64,000 nucleotides of DNA, taken from NCBI GenBank assembly GCA_963821525.1, contig CAWGED010000008.1, forward strand, positions 32,001 through 96,000, given 5' to 3'. The translations under genes and the position numbers were made by a program. Positions 55,167 through 64,000 of the stretch are shown piece by piece; position 1 is the first letter of the stretch, and each line of letters begins with the position of its first letter. The stretch comes from an uncultured Gemmatimonadales bacterium. Lineage in GTDB: Bacteria > Gemmatimonadota > Gemmatimonadetes > Gemmatimonadales > GWC2-71-9. The notes below the pieces were generated by a model, which ran no database searches, was not told where the DNA came from, and saw only the letters and a program-made list of their open reading frames with translations.

Positions 55167-55709
55167 ATGATGACCCTACGCCGTTCGAGGCCGTGAATCA
55201 GACGGTCCGCCGAGCCCAGGAGGGAGATGCCGACGCGTTCCGGATGTTGTATGAGGAACACGGTGGTCGTGTCTTCGCCCTCTGTCTCAGGCTGTCCGGT
55301 GATCGCGCCGAGGCGGAGGAATTGACCCAGGATGTTTTCGTGCGGGTGTGGGAGCGGCTGGAGACATTCCGCGGCGACAGCGCCTTCTCCACCTGGTTGC
55401 ACCGGCTGGCGATCAACGAAGTGCTGGGGGAGAAACGGAAGGCATCCCGGCGATCCCGCCGGGTGGTTTCCACCGACCAGCCCGAATTGCTGGAGCGGCC
55501 TCGCGGGGACTCAGGGTGAGACGGAAAACTGGGATCTCTCGAACGCGATCGCGCGGCTGCCGCAGGGGGCCCGGGTTGTTTTCGTGCTGCACGATATCGA
55601 AGGATATCAGCACGAGGAGATCGCATCTATGACAGGGATTGCGGAAGGCACCTCGAAGGCTCAGCTGCACCGGGCACGCAGACTCTTGCGGGAGAAACTG
55701 AAACCATGA
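55167..55709 (+). CDS. ECF sigma-70 factor, paralog of 54415..55011 (frameshift near 55510; start uncertain)
   Basis: [70 protein letters not shown]. Confidence 0.93.
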
Positions 55710-56329
55710 CATGCGACGAAGCAGTCGCCCTGCTGGATGACTACGCGGACGGGCTGCTTACGCCGGAACGGACGGCGGCGCTGGAAGCGCACCTGGAAAG
55801 ATGCCCACGACTGCCGGGCCGAACTCGAGAGTCTCCAGGCGTTGCTGGCAGACGCGAAGGCCTCCCCAGGTCCATCACGCCGCCGCCGGGGACCTGGGCC
55901 GCAATCCAGCAAGGCATCGAGAGCAGGACACGACCGGACGTCGTCCCGCTTGCGGCGCACCGGTCGCGGATACGCATAGCCTGGCTCGTGGCGGCCGCGG
56001 TCGTCCTGATGGTTCTCTCTTCGGCAGTCACCTCATTGTGGATCAAGCGAGGTGGCGAGGGACAGGGCTTCGCGGCATCTCAAGCCGAGTATGCTCAGGC
56101 GACCGCGGAGCTTGCCCAGAAGATCGAGAAGAACCCCGCCGGCCTTTCTCCCCGAACTCTCGCCATCCTGGATCGCAATCTGGCGATCATGGATGCGGCG
56201 ATTCGAGAAGCCGAGCAAGCACTCAAAACCGACCCTGGCGACTCAACCCTGGAGGAGATGCTGCTGGCGCGGTATCAGCAGCGCCTCGAGCTGTTGCAGC
56301 GTGCTGCTCGAGCGGGGCAGGAAAGCTGA
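55706..56329 (+). CDS. zf-HC2 transmembrane anti-sigma factor (compensating frameshifts near 55800-55860)
   Basis: [28 protein letters not shown]-domain [20 protein letters not shown] paralogous to KLALIDKAIGEAQQALAADP. Confidence 0.9.
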   Translation: MTCDEAVALLDDYADGLLTPERTAALEAHLERCPRLPGRTRESPGVAGRREGLPRSITPPPGTWAAIQQGIESRTRPDVVPLAAHRSRIRIAWLVAAAVVLMVLSSAVTSLWIKRGGEGQGFAASQAEYAQATAELAQKIEKNPAGLSPRTLAILDRNLAIMDAAIREAEQALKTDPGDSTLEEMLLARYQQRLELLQRAARAGQES

Positions 56330-56330
56330 A

Positions 56331-57206
56331 ATGAGACACCACGCGAGCGGTCTGGTACTGCTTCTCCCGATGCTCCTGTCCGGGAGTCCCGCGGCCGCCC
56401 AAGGAGACATCGCGGCGCGACGCCCGGCCCGGCCCGATGTGGCGCTGAGGATCTATTGCCCGAGCGGCACGCTTCGGGTCACCGGATGGACCAAGGACTC
56501 GGTGGCGGTGAGCGGGTACCTGGATCCCTCGCTCGGCCGCTTCTTCATCGGCGGAACCGGAGAGGGAATGAAGCTCGGCATCGAAACACCGGAGACCGAT
56601 GCCACGGGTACCGCCGTCCTGGACGTCAGCGTTCCGCGAGGGGCCCGGATCTGGATAAAGACTGCCAATGCTGATGTGGAAGTGAACGCCGTCGCGGGAA
56701 CGGTGGACGTGTTCACGGTGAGCGGTCATACCCGGGTCGCCGGGTCGCCTTCGGTCGTGACGGCAGAATCGCTGGACGGGAATATCGAGCTGGCGGTCGA
56801 ATCTCCCAGCGCCAGAGCCCGCACCGGAAGCGGGGTGATCGTCTTTCGGGGAGTCATCAGCGAGGCGAGTGCGTCGAGCGTCAGTGGCCCCCTGTTCATC
56901 GGCATGGAGGGCAAGATCTCGCGTGCCCGCTTCGAGACCGTCTCCGGAGAAATCGCCTTCAAGGGCGACTTGGATCCAGATGGCACACTCGAGGCGGAAA
57001 GCCACAGTGGAAACATCGAGTTGCGCCTCCCCGAGAAACTGGGCGCCACCTACTCCCTCGCCGGTTATGCCGGCCAACTCAGCACCGAGTTCCCGGGCAT
57101 TCCTCCCGCGCCGGCCAAGGGAGAATGGCGCTTCACCGTCGGCTCGGGGCAGGCGTCCGTAACGGTGCGGACGTTTAAGGGGAAGGTGGAGCTGAAAAAG
57201 AAGTAG
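56331..57206 (+). CDS. Secreted DUF4097-family beta-strand repeat protein
   Basis: Signal peptide; TVSG/SLDG/SVSG repeats; ends GSGQASVTVRTFKGKVELKK. Confidence 0.85.
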   Translation: MRHHASGLVLLLPMLLSGSPAAAQGDIAARRPARPDVALRIYCPSGTLRVTGWTKDSVAVSGYLDPSLGRFFIGGTGEGMKLGIETPETDATGTAVLDVSVPRGARIWIKTANADVEVNAVAGTVDVFTVSGHTRVAGSPSVVTAESLDGNIELAVESPSARARTGSGVIVFRGVISEASASSVSGPLFIGMEGKISRARFETVSGEIAFKGDLDPDGTLEAESHSGNIELRLPEKLGATYSLAGYAGQLSTEFPGIPPAPAKGEWRFTVGSGQASVTVRTFKGKVELKKK

Positions 57207-57208
57207 GG

Positions 57209-57273
57209 AGTACCTAGTATCGAGTACCGAGTACCGAGTACCGAGTAACCGAGTACCGAGTACCGAGTACCGA
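57209..57273. repeat. Period-7 tandem array (GAGTACC)x~9
   Basis: Near-perfect units with one 8-nt variant. Confidence 0.92.
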
Positions 57274-57279
57274 GAGGTT

Positions 57280-57308
57280 TAAACCCGAACGAGATGGCAA
57301 GCATCTCA
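57280..57308 (+). promoter_or_regulatory. Putative ECF target promoter
   Basis: TAAACC-N15-GCATCTCA, matching 55131-55159. Confidence 0.65.
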
Positions 57309-57367
57309 CTCCATGGAAGCGGAGATCCCTTTCTCCGGCACCCGTCCCGTTCCCGTTGGAGGTTCCT

Positions 57368-57946
57368 ATGTTCCGCCCTCTCTTTGCTGCCGCTGCACTT
57401 ACGATCTGTGCCGCCACTCCCGCCTTTGCCGGACCACCGTGGATTTCACTGGAGACTCCGGCCAATCCCTACAACGAGACCACCCGCGGGGCCTTTGCCC
57501 TGGTACGGGTCTACCATCATGGTGATGCGGCCTACTTTCCCGTGAGCGGGACAGCAGAAGGCTTGGTCAATGGAGTCCGGCAATCGGTGGATCTCCAGCT
57601 GGCCTCGACCTCGATTCCCGGGGTGTTCGCGCTCCGCTACGAGCCGAAGAAGGAAGGTGCCTGGCTTCTGGTGATCAGGACCGGCCAGAAGAACAGTGGT
57701 GAGATGGGGCAGGCCACGATGGTAGTGTCGGTCCGGAATGGCGAGCTGAGTTCAGCGCAGGTACCTACCAAGCAGAGTAACGGGTACCTGGTTCCTGATG
57801 CAGTCACCCCCGCCCAGGTTGATGCGATGCTGCGGCAGCAGCTGGCCGCGGAAGATTCGCAGCACGGTTCACCGGCTTCACCGTTTGCCCTCGCCGGACT
57901 TGCGCTGTTTCCTCTCGGGCTGCTGGTGACGATGCGGCGCCGTTGA
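57368..57946 (+). CDS. Hypothetical exported protein with C-terminal TM anchor and basic tail
   Basis: GGAGG RBS; signal peptide ..ATPAFA; ends FALAGLALFPLGLLVTMRRR. Confidence 0.8.
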   Translation: MFRPLFAAAALTICAATPAFAGPPWISLETPANPYNETTRGAFALVRVYHHGDAAYFPVSGTAEGLVNGVRQSVDLQLASTSIPGVFALRYEPKKEGAWLLVIRTGQKNSGEMGQATMVVSVRNGELSSAQVPTKQSNGYLVPDAVTPAQVDAMLRQQLAAEDSQHGSPASPFALAGLALFPLGLLVTMRRR

Positions 57947-57960
57947 GGCCGGACCACAGC

Positions 57961-57982
57961 AGGGGCGCTCGCGCCCCTTCTT
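57961..57982 (+). terminator. Possible intrinsic terminator
   Basis: AGGGGCG-CTCG-CGCCCCT followed by TCTT. Confidence 0.45.
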
Positions 57983-58035
57983 GACATCCTTTCATTTGAT
58001 GTACCAATTGGGGCCACGAATTCCCTGGCCCCAAT

Positions 58036-61000
58036 TTGATTCCTTCGAAGGACGCCCTACGCTGGCGGTGGAACTGCTACTTGCCCGGCCCAGCGCTTCG
58101 CTTGGCCGGGATTCTGGGGCTGGTCCTCGCGGGCATTACCTGCAACGAGAACGTCACTGCACCGAACCGGCCCGGCCCCGGCATCCTGCGAGCCGTGGGA
58201 GTCTTGCCGGCAAACACCGCGGCTGCCGGGCTGGTGTTTGACAACGTACATCTGGTCGTCGTCAGGCCATCGCGACCCAGCCCCGCGGTGCTGGACAAGA
58301 CGTACAACTTCCCTGCCGACAGCTCTCAGCTCAACATCAGCGAACAACTGCTCCTCCAGGCCACCAGCGAAGATTTCGACGTAACGCTGGAGTATCGCAG
58401 CGGGAACGTCGTGCTGTTCAGCGGGACCAGCCGGGTGACGGTGCATCAGGGGCCGCCCGGCTCCGATCCGCCCGCCGTGATCAACGTGACACTGCAGGTG
58501 GGCACCAACGTCGCGGCCATCACCGTGGCACCCAAGACCTCAAGTGTGCCCTTCGGTGGGATCGTGACGTTGTCGGCCACGGCGCAGGACGCCCAGGGCG
58601 CTCCGGTCACTCAGTTCTACGTCGGATGGTCCAGCAGTGACCCGCAGCAGCCGGTGGATGCTGCTGGCGTGTTCACGGCGGGGAATCAGCGCGATACTGT
58701 CACCATCACCGCCAAGGCGTTGACCGCGACCGGGTCCGTCACGGACCAGGCCACCATCGTTGTCATACCGGCCCCAGCGGCGGTGATGGTGACCAACGGA
58801 AACGGCCAATCGGCGCCCGCCGGCATCAGACTGCCTCGACCTCTCGAAGTAGAGGTTCGCGGCAGCGACAACCTGCCAATCCCCGGCGTCACCGTGACCT
58901 TCGCCGTGACGAGCGGCGGCGGAACTCTGGACAGCACCACGACAACCACCGACGCGCAGGGCCGGGCCCGCACCGGTGCCACCCTCGGTGCATCGGTCAG
59001 CCAACAGACCTTCACCGCCACCGTCGCCGGAATCACGCCGGCCACCTTCACCGAGACGGCTACGGGAATCGTGCCGGTGCCGGTGTTGCTGTCGGTGGGT
59101 GGGGATCACAGCTGCGAAATCCGGGGCGGGGGAAGTGCCTTCTGCTGGGGGTCGAATGGCTCGGGCGAGCTGGGCGACGGGACCACGATCGATCGCGCCG
59201 TTGCGACTCCTGTGGTGACGGGTCAGTCGTTCACCTCCCTCGCCCTGGGCGACAGCCACAGCTGCGCCCTCACTGGAAGCGGCCAGGCGTTCTGCTGGGG
59301 CGATAACAGCAGCGGCGCGCTGGGAGACGGAACCACCACGAATCGCTCCGCGCCAACCGCCGTCGCGGGAGGACGCACCTTCATCGTTCTGACCGCAGGG
59401 GATCGATTCACCTGCGGCCTGACAGCGGCGGGGCAGGCCTTCTGTTGGGGCAGGAACAACCTGGGCCAATTGGGGGATGGCACCGTTACTCAACGCAGCG
59501 CGCCTACCGCCGTATCGGGTGGATTGATCTTTTCCGCTATCGGAGCCGGCGGCAGTCACGCCTGCGCTCTTACGGCAGCCGGCGCGGCTCATTGCTGGGG
59601 ACTCAACCTCAATGGCCAGCTGGGTGACGGCACGACCACGGACCGTCAGGTGCCGACCGCCGTTCTGGGAGGGATCACTTTCGGCGCAGTTGCTCCCGCC
59701 GACCGCAGCACCTGCGCACTCGATTCCAGCGGGGCGGGATACTGCTGGGGATTCAACTTCGGCGCCAGCATCACCACGCCGCAGCCAACCAACGACGGCA
59801 GGACCTACGTCTCCGCGGATATGGGCGGAGATCACGTGTGCGCCCTGCTCGCCTCAGGCGCCGCCTTCTGCGGCGGGCGCAACGCCAACGGCCAGCTGGG
59901 TGACGGCACCACCACCGACCAGCCGATTTCCGTGGCGGTCCTCGGCGGTAACACCTACACGGCGATCGCCGGCGGCACAGCTCACACCTGCGGTCTGACC
60001 GCGACGGGTCCTCTGTGCTGGGGCGCTAACAACGCCGGCCAGTTGGGCGATGGAACGACGGCCCAGCGACTCACTCCGGCACCGGTACTCGGACCGCCGG
60101 CGAGCGTCACCGTAAGCGGGGGAGACAATCAGACCGCCGGGCCCGACAGTCCGGTCGCCATCCCGCCCTCGGTGCTGGTCCTCGATGGGCAGAGTAATCC
60201 GCTGCCCGGAGTGCAGGTGGACTTCACTGTTACGAGTGGCGGCGGCGGTGTGTCGGGCGGATCGACCTTCACTGACGCGGCGGGGATCGCGACGGCGGGA
60301 AGCTGGTTCATGGGACCCGGCCAAGGCCCAAACACGCTGCTCGCGACGGTGGGAGCCTCCGGAGTAACCGGGAATCCCATCACCTTCCACGCCACGGCCT
60401 CGACCGGCGCACCGGCGACCACGTGGACCGGTGTCACCAGCACCAACTGGTCAACGGCCACGAACTGGACTCCGGCCCAGGTTCCGACGACTGCGGAAGA
60501 CGTCGTGATTCCGGCGGGCACCCCCAACAGCCCGCAGCTCACCGCGAGTGGCTCGGCCAAGTCGCTGACGGTGAACAGCGGTGCCACGCTCGACCTGAAC
60601 GGGATCAATTTTCAGGCAGCGGGCAACGTCTTCGCGGACGGTTCAATCATCGGAACCAGCGCAGTCGCGATCGCTACCGCGGCGCAGATCCGCGGAAACC
60701 TCCCCAGCCTGATCCTGAGCGGGCCGGTCGTAGCAGCGGGAGTCATCAGCGCGAGCGGCAGCCTCACCGTAACGGGGCCAGTCGGCAACTTCGACGTGAA
60801 CGGCCAGACGGTGCTCATCGCCGGCAACCTGACCATTCAGGCCAGCGCGCTACTCACGATGACCAACCCGGCCGATCTGGTTCAGGTGACCGGCAACGGG
60901 GCCTTTGGCGGTGGAGATGAGGCCGGGCTGCTCACAGCCGGTGTGCTGCAGGTTCTGGGGGACTTCTCCCAGACCTCGGGTAGCGATCCGACCAGCTTCC

Positions 61001-63915
61001 TCGCCTCCGGAACCCATCGCACGGTGCTTGGCTCGGGCGCGATCGGAGTGGTGACCTTCGCATCCCCTGCCAGCAACAACAGCGGTAGCCATTTCCAGGA
61101 TCTAGACGTCTCATCGACCTCGAACCAGCTGACCCTCAACAGCGACGTGTTCGTGGCCGGTACGCTGATCGGACAGCCACCGGCCGGCGCAAATCTCCTC
61201 AGCGGTTCGGCGACCCGGACGCTGGATGTGGGCGGCATCGCGGTCCGCAGCATGACGTTGAACAACGTCCTGCTGGTCGTAAGCGGCGGGACACTCGCTC
61301 AGATCGACAACGTCACTTTCGCGGCGACCCCAGCCACGTCGATGGCGCTCACCATCAATCACCCCGGCCTGCCTGCAGCGTTCACGCTGAACAACGTGGT
61401 GTTCCAGACCACCCCCACCAGCGGGTTGTACCTGAGCGCCAACGACACGGACGGGCCGAGTCCGAACGCGCTGACCCTGAACATGGCCAATCCGAGTCCG
61501 GCTTCGCCGGGCGGGTTCGTGCAAGTCACCAACGGGGCCGTCGTGACCTGGCCGTCTACGCTGCCGGTCGTTGTGTGGACCGGTGCCGTCAGCAACGCAT
61601 GGGACACGGCGGGCAATTGGAATCCGGCTATTGTCCCGGCGACGACCGACAACGTGTTGATCCCCTCAGGCACTCCGAACGATCCGCAGACCAGCACCGG
61701 CCAGACGGTCAACGATCTCACGGTCCAGGCTGGCGCCGCGCTGACCCTGACCGGTCCCGTCACCGTGGCGGTTGACGGGAACCTCGACGTTCAGGGTGTG
61801 GTCTCGAATACGGCAGGCGGTCTCCTGCAGCTCAACGGCACGGGCAAGACGGTGCGCGGCAACATTCAGGGCGCTGCCATCTTCGGGGCCTACACCCAGA
61901 ACGGCCCGCTGGTGGTTGCCAGCGACTTCGTCATTCACGGCGAGCTGACGGTCAGCGGTCAGACCCTCAGCATCAGCAATAACCTGAACCTGCTCTCGGC
62001 CGGCCGCCTCTTTATGACCAATCCGGCCGATCAGGTCATTGTGAGTGGCGACGCCAACTTCAGAGGCGGGAGCACGGCCGGAACGCTGACCGATGGCAAT
62101 CTGTTCATCGCGGGCAACCTGGCACAGGACAACAGCGGAACCGGCCTGCCGGCGACCAGCTTCAGTCCTTCGGGGAATCACACAACCTGGTTGACCGGGG
62201 GTGGGGCGCAGCAGGTCGACATCTTCAACACCGGAACCGGGGCCGGGTTCTCCCACTTCGCGAACCTCAATCTGAGCACGGCCACTGGCAGCGTGACTCT
62301 GATCCGATTCAACACGGTATTCGTAGACGGAATCCTGACGTCGCATCCGGTTTCAACCCAGCCGGTACTCACTACGAGCAATGCGGCGAAGCTGCAGGTC
62401 GAGGGAGTGGATGTTGATGGCCTGGTCCTCGACAACCTGCCGCTTCTGATCTCAGGCGGCCCGCTGACCAAGTTCAATCGGATCACCCTGCAGAATTACT
62501 CGCCGTCGGCGGTGCAGCTGACGGTGAGTCACCCCGGTGCGGCGGCGCCCTTCACCTTCGATCAGCTCGTCTTCAGCACGACGCCGACCACAGGCGGCGC
62601 TTACCTGCAGGCGGACGACGTCGCTCCGACTGATGGAGTGGTGCTGACTCTTGATCTGACCAACCCGAATCCCTCGACGCCGGGGGGCTTCGTCGTGACC
62701 GCCGGAGGGGCAGTAATCAACTGGCCCGCCGCCGGGGGAGGCGCATTGACCTGGGCCGGAACGGTTTCGAGCGACTGGAACAACGCAGGCAACTGGAGTC
62801 TCGCACGAGTGCCTGGCACTACAGACGATGTGGTTATCCCGGCGGCGACTCCCAACGCGCCCCAGCTCACCAGCGTCGTCTCTGCTCGCGATCTGACCGT
62901 ACTGGCCTCCCAGTCGCTGGACCTCGCGGGGTTCAACCTGCAGGTCCTGGGCAGCATCAGCATCCCGGGCCAGATCATCAGCACGGGCGGCGATGTCCTG
63001 CTCAATGGAGTGGGGAAGACCGCAAGCGGCACCATCAACACGGGCGTCGTCGTGTCCGGCAGCTACACGCTAAACGGTACTCTCGGCGTGGCTGGCGTGA
63101 GCCTGAGCTTGTCGGGGAGCACGGCCAGTCTCAATCTCGGCGGCTTCAACGCGACAGTGAGCGGCGACTTCCAGACGACCGGCGGAGCGTTGCTCATCAT
63201 GCAGAACCCAGCCGATGTTCTGATCGTCACGGGGAACGCGATCTTCGACGGCGGGGACGAGACCGGCCTGCTCACGGGTGGAAACGTCCGGGTCCAGGGT
63301 GATTTCATTCAGCAGGCAACCGTCTCGGCTACCAGTTACGCGGCCAGCGGAACGCACACGACCACTTTCAATCGGAACGGGTCGAATGTCAGCTTCGCGA
63401 CCTTCGCCTCGCACTTCCAGGACCTCGAATTGCTCGGCGCCATCACCACTTCGCTCGGCTCCGATATTGGAGTCGCCGGGAAGTTCACAGCATCCCAGAC
63501 TGCGACGACCCTGAAAGGCAACGGCTTCAAAGTCGTCGTCACGGCTGTCGCCGTTCAGGCATTGACGGTGGACAACGCGACGATCGTAGTGGATGAGAAC
63601 GGTACCGGTCAGGCACAGCAATTCGACAACGTTACCTTCCAGAACTACCCCACCACCGGCGTATCGATGCTGCAGTTCATCGGGCCGGGTGGAGCCGCGG
63701 CTCCGCGCAACCTGACCTTCAACAATGTGAGCTTCCAGTCGCTTCCGGTCGGCGCTGGCAATCTCTATGTGACTCTGGTATCCAGTAACGGATTCGGGCT
63801 GAACCTGACCATGCAGGGCTCCAACCAGGGCCGGCAGGGGGGTGGAAACGGCCTGACGCTGAGCAGCCCACCGAACGAGACCACCGTAGGCGGTGCCACG
63901 ATTTTCTGGCCGTAG
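58036..63915 (+). CDS. Giant surface protein: Ig-like domains, RCC1-repeat propeller and three ~385-aa beta-rich repeats (start codon uncertain)
   Basis: Lipobox-like LAGITC; Ig-like GVTVTFAVTSGGG..TDAQGRA; about six H(S/T)C..CWG.N..GQLGDGT repeats at ~59085-60090; modules starting W(T/A)G at 60424, 61576, 62752. Confidence 0.9.
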   Translation: MIPSKDALRWRWNCYLPGPALRLAGILGLVLAGITCNENVTAPNRPGPGILRAVGVLPANTAAAGLVFDNVHLVVVRPSRPSPAVLDKTYNFPADSSQLNISEQLLLQATSEDFDVTLEYRSGNVVLFSGTSRVTVHQGPPGSDPPAVINVTLQVGTNVAAITVAPKTSSVPFGGIVTLSATAQDAQGAPVTQFYVGWSSSDPQQPVDAAGVFTAGNQRDTVTITAKALTATGSVTDQATIVVIPAPAAVMVTNGNGQSAPAGIRLPRPLEVEVRGSDNLPIPGVTVTFAVTSGGGTLDSTTTTTDAQGRARTGATLGASVSQQTFTATVAGITPATFTETATGIVPVPVLLSVGGDHSCEIRGGGSAFCWGSNGSGELGDGTTIDRAVATPVVTGQSFTSLALGDSHSCALTGSGQAFCWGDNSSGALGDGTTTNRSAPTAVAGGRTFIVLTAGDRFTCGLTAAGQAFCWGRNNLGQLGDGTVTQRSAPTAVSGGLIFSAIGAGGSHACALTAAGAAHCWGLNLNGQLGDGTTTDRQVPTAVLGGITFGAVAPADRSTCALDSSGAGYCWGFNFGASITTPQPTNDGRTYVSADMGGDHVCALLASGAAFCGGRNANGQLGDGTTTDQPISVAVLGGNTYTAIAGGTAHTCGLTATGPLCWGANNAGQLGDGTTAQRLTPAPVLGPPASVTVSGGDNQTAGPDSPVAIPPSVLVLDGQSNPLPGVQVDFTVTSGGGGVSGGSTFTDAAGIATAGSWFMGPGQGPNTLLATVGASGVTGNPITFHATASTGAPATTWTGVTSTNWSTATNWTPAQVPTTAEDVVIPAGTPNSPQLTASGSAKSLTVNSGATLDLNGINFQAAGNVFADGSIIGTSAVAIATAAQIRGNLPSLILSGPVVAAGVISASGSLTVTGPVGNFDVNGQTVLIAGNLTIQASALLTMTNPADLVQVTGNGAFGGGDEAGLLTAGVLQVLGDFSQTSGSDPTSFLASGTHRTVLGSGAIGVVTFASPASNNSGSHFQDLDVSSTSNQLTLNSDVFVAGTLIGQPPAGANLLSGSATRTLDVGGIAVRSMTLNNVLLVVSGGTLAQIDNVTFAATPATSMALTINHPGLPAAFTLNNVVFQTTPTSGLYLSANDTDGPSPNALTLNMANPSPASPGGFVQVTNGAVVTWPSTLPVVVWTGAVSNAWDTAGNWNPAIVPATTDNVLIPSGTPNDPQTSTGQTVNDLTVQAGAALTLTGPVTVAVDGNLDVQGVVSNTAGGLLQLNGTGKTVRGNIQGAAIFGAYTQNGPLVVASDFVIHGELTVSGQTLSISNNLNLLSAGRLFMTNPADQVIVSGDANFRGGSTAGTLTDGNLFIAGNLAQDNSGTGLPATSFSPSGNHTTWLTGGGAQQVDIFNTGTGAGFSHFANLNLSTATGSVTLIRFNTVFVDGILTSHPVSTQPVLTTSNAAKLQVEGVDVDGLVLDNLPLLISGGPLTKFNRITLQNYSPSAVQLTVSHPGAAAPFTFDQLVFSTTPTTGGAYLQADDVAPTDGVVLTLDLTNPNPSTPGGFVVTAGGAVINWPAAGGGALTWAGTVSSDWNNAGNWSLARVPGTTDDVVIPAATPNAPQLTSVVSARDLTVLASQSLDLAGFNLQVLGSISIPGQIISTGGDVLLNGVGKTASGTINTGVVVSGSYTLNGTLGVAGVSLSLSGSTASLNLGGFNATVSGDFQTTGGALLIMQNPADVLIVTGNAIFDGGDETGLLTGGNVRVQGDFIQQATVSATSYAASGTHTTTFNRNGSNVSFATFASHFQDLELLGAITTSLGSDIGVAGKFTASQTATTLKGNGFKVVVTAVAVQALTVDNATIVVDENGTGQAQQFDNVTFQNYPTTGVSMLQFIGPGGAAAPRNLTFNNVSFQSLPVGAGNLYVTLVSSNGFGLNLTMQGSNQGRQGGGNGLTLSSPPNETTVGGATIFWP

Positions 63916-64000
63916 CACCCGTGAAACATTGAGGCATCTCCGCACGGCTTGACACAGAGGGCCCGCCTACCCCAATTCCATCAGCTTTCTTCTCCCCAAC

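Noticed and set aside
52080..57206. Invertible element or artefactual inverted duplication
   Set aside because: The arms are diverged paralogs rather than near-identical DNA, and no recombinase is nearby.
57209..57273. CRISPR array at the tandem repeats (also 20203 and 34486)
   Set aside because: Contiguous 7-nt units without spacers; no cas genes.
63913..63940. Third copy of the ECF promoter
   Set aside because: GCATCTC is present but the hexamer at the right spacing is TAGCAC, a poor match to TAAACC.

Overview
High-GC bacterial sequence that looks like a long-read metagenomic contig joining two genomes near 15.95-16.04 kb. Left part (1-~15.95 kb) is actinobacterial, Thermoleophilia/Gaiella-like by inference: fused PafBC WYL regulator, K+/H+ antiporter, two-component system, queA-tgt-yajC-secDF, DEAD-box helicase, greA, META protein, many apparently leaderless genes. 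Right part (~16-64 kb) is a diderm, Gemmatimonadota-like by inference: D-aminoacylase, CPA2 antiporter, arginine operon (argG-ORF-argC-argD-argF'-argB-argE-argH-argR), tandem M42 peptidase, alpha-2-macroglobulin-pbpC, NifA-like sigma54 activator, Lrp/EamA/APC cluster, Ser/Thr kinase, two mirror-image ECF sigma/anti-sigma/DUF4097 operons and a 1959-aa RCC1/Ig surface protein. Frameshifts are frequent at 1-29.8 kb and are treated as indel errors, so those gene ends are approximate. No tRNA, rRNA, CRISPR array or transposase was recognised. Best candidates for new biology: (1) an unannotated 22-codon Asn/Thr/His-rich leader peptide with full protector/antiterminator/terminator attenuator geometry in front of the NifA-like activator, whose likely enhancer and sigma54 target promoter lie just downstream; (2) an arg operon lacking argA/argJ that carries a DUF1611-like P-loop gene and a transcarbamylase with the succinyl-type residue; (3) a recoverable ECF promoter motif and many period-7 repeat arrays.
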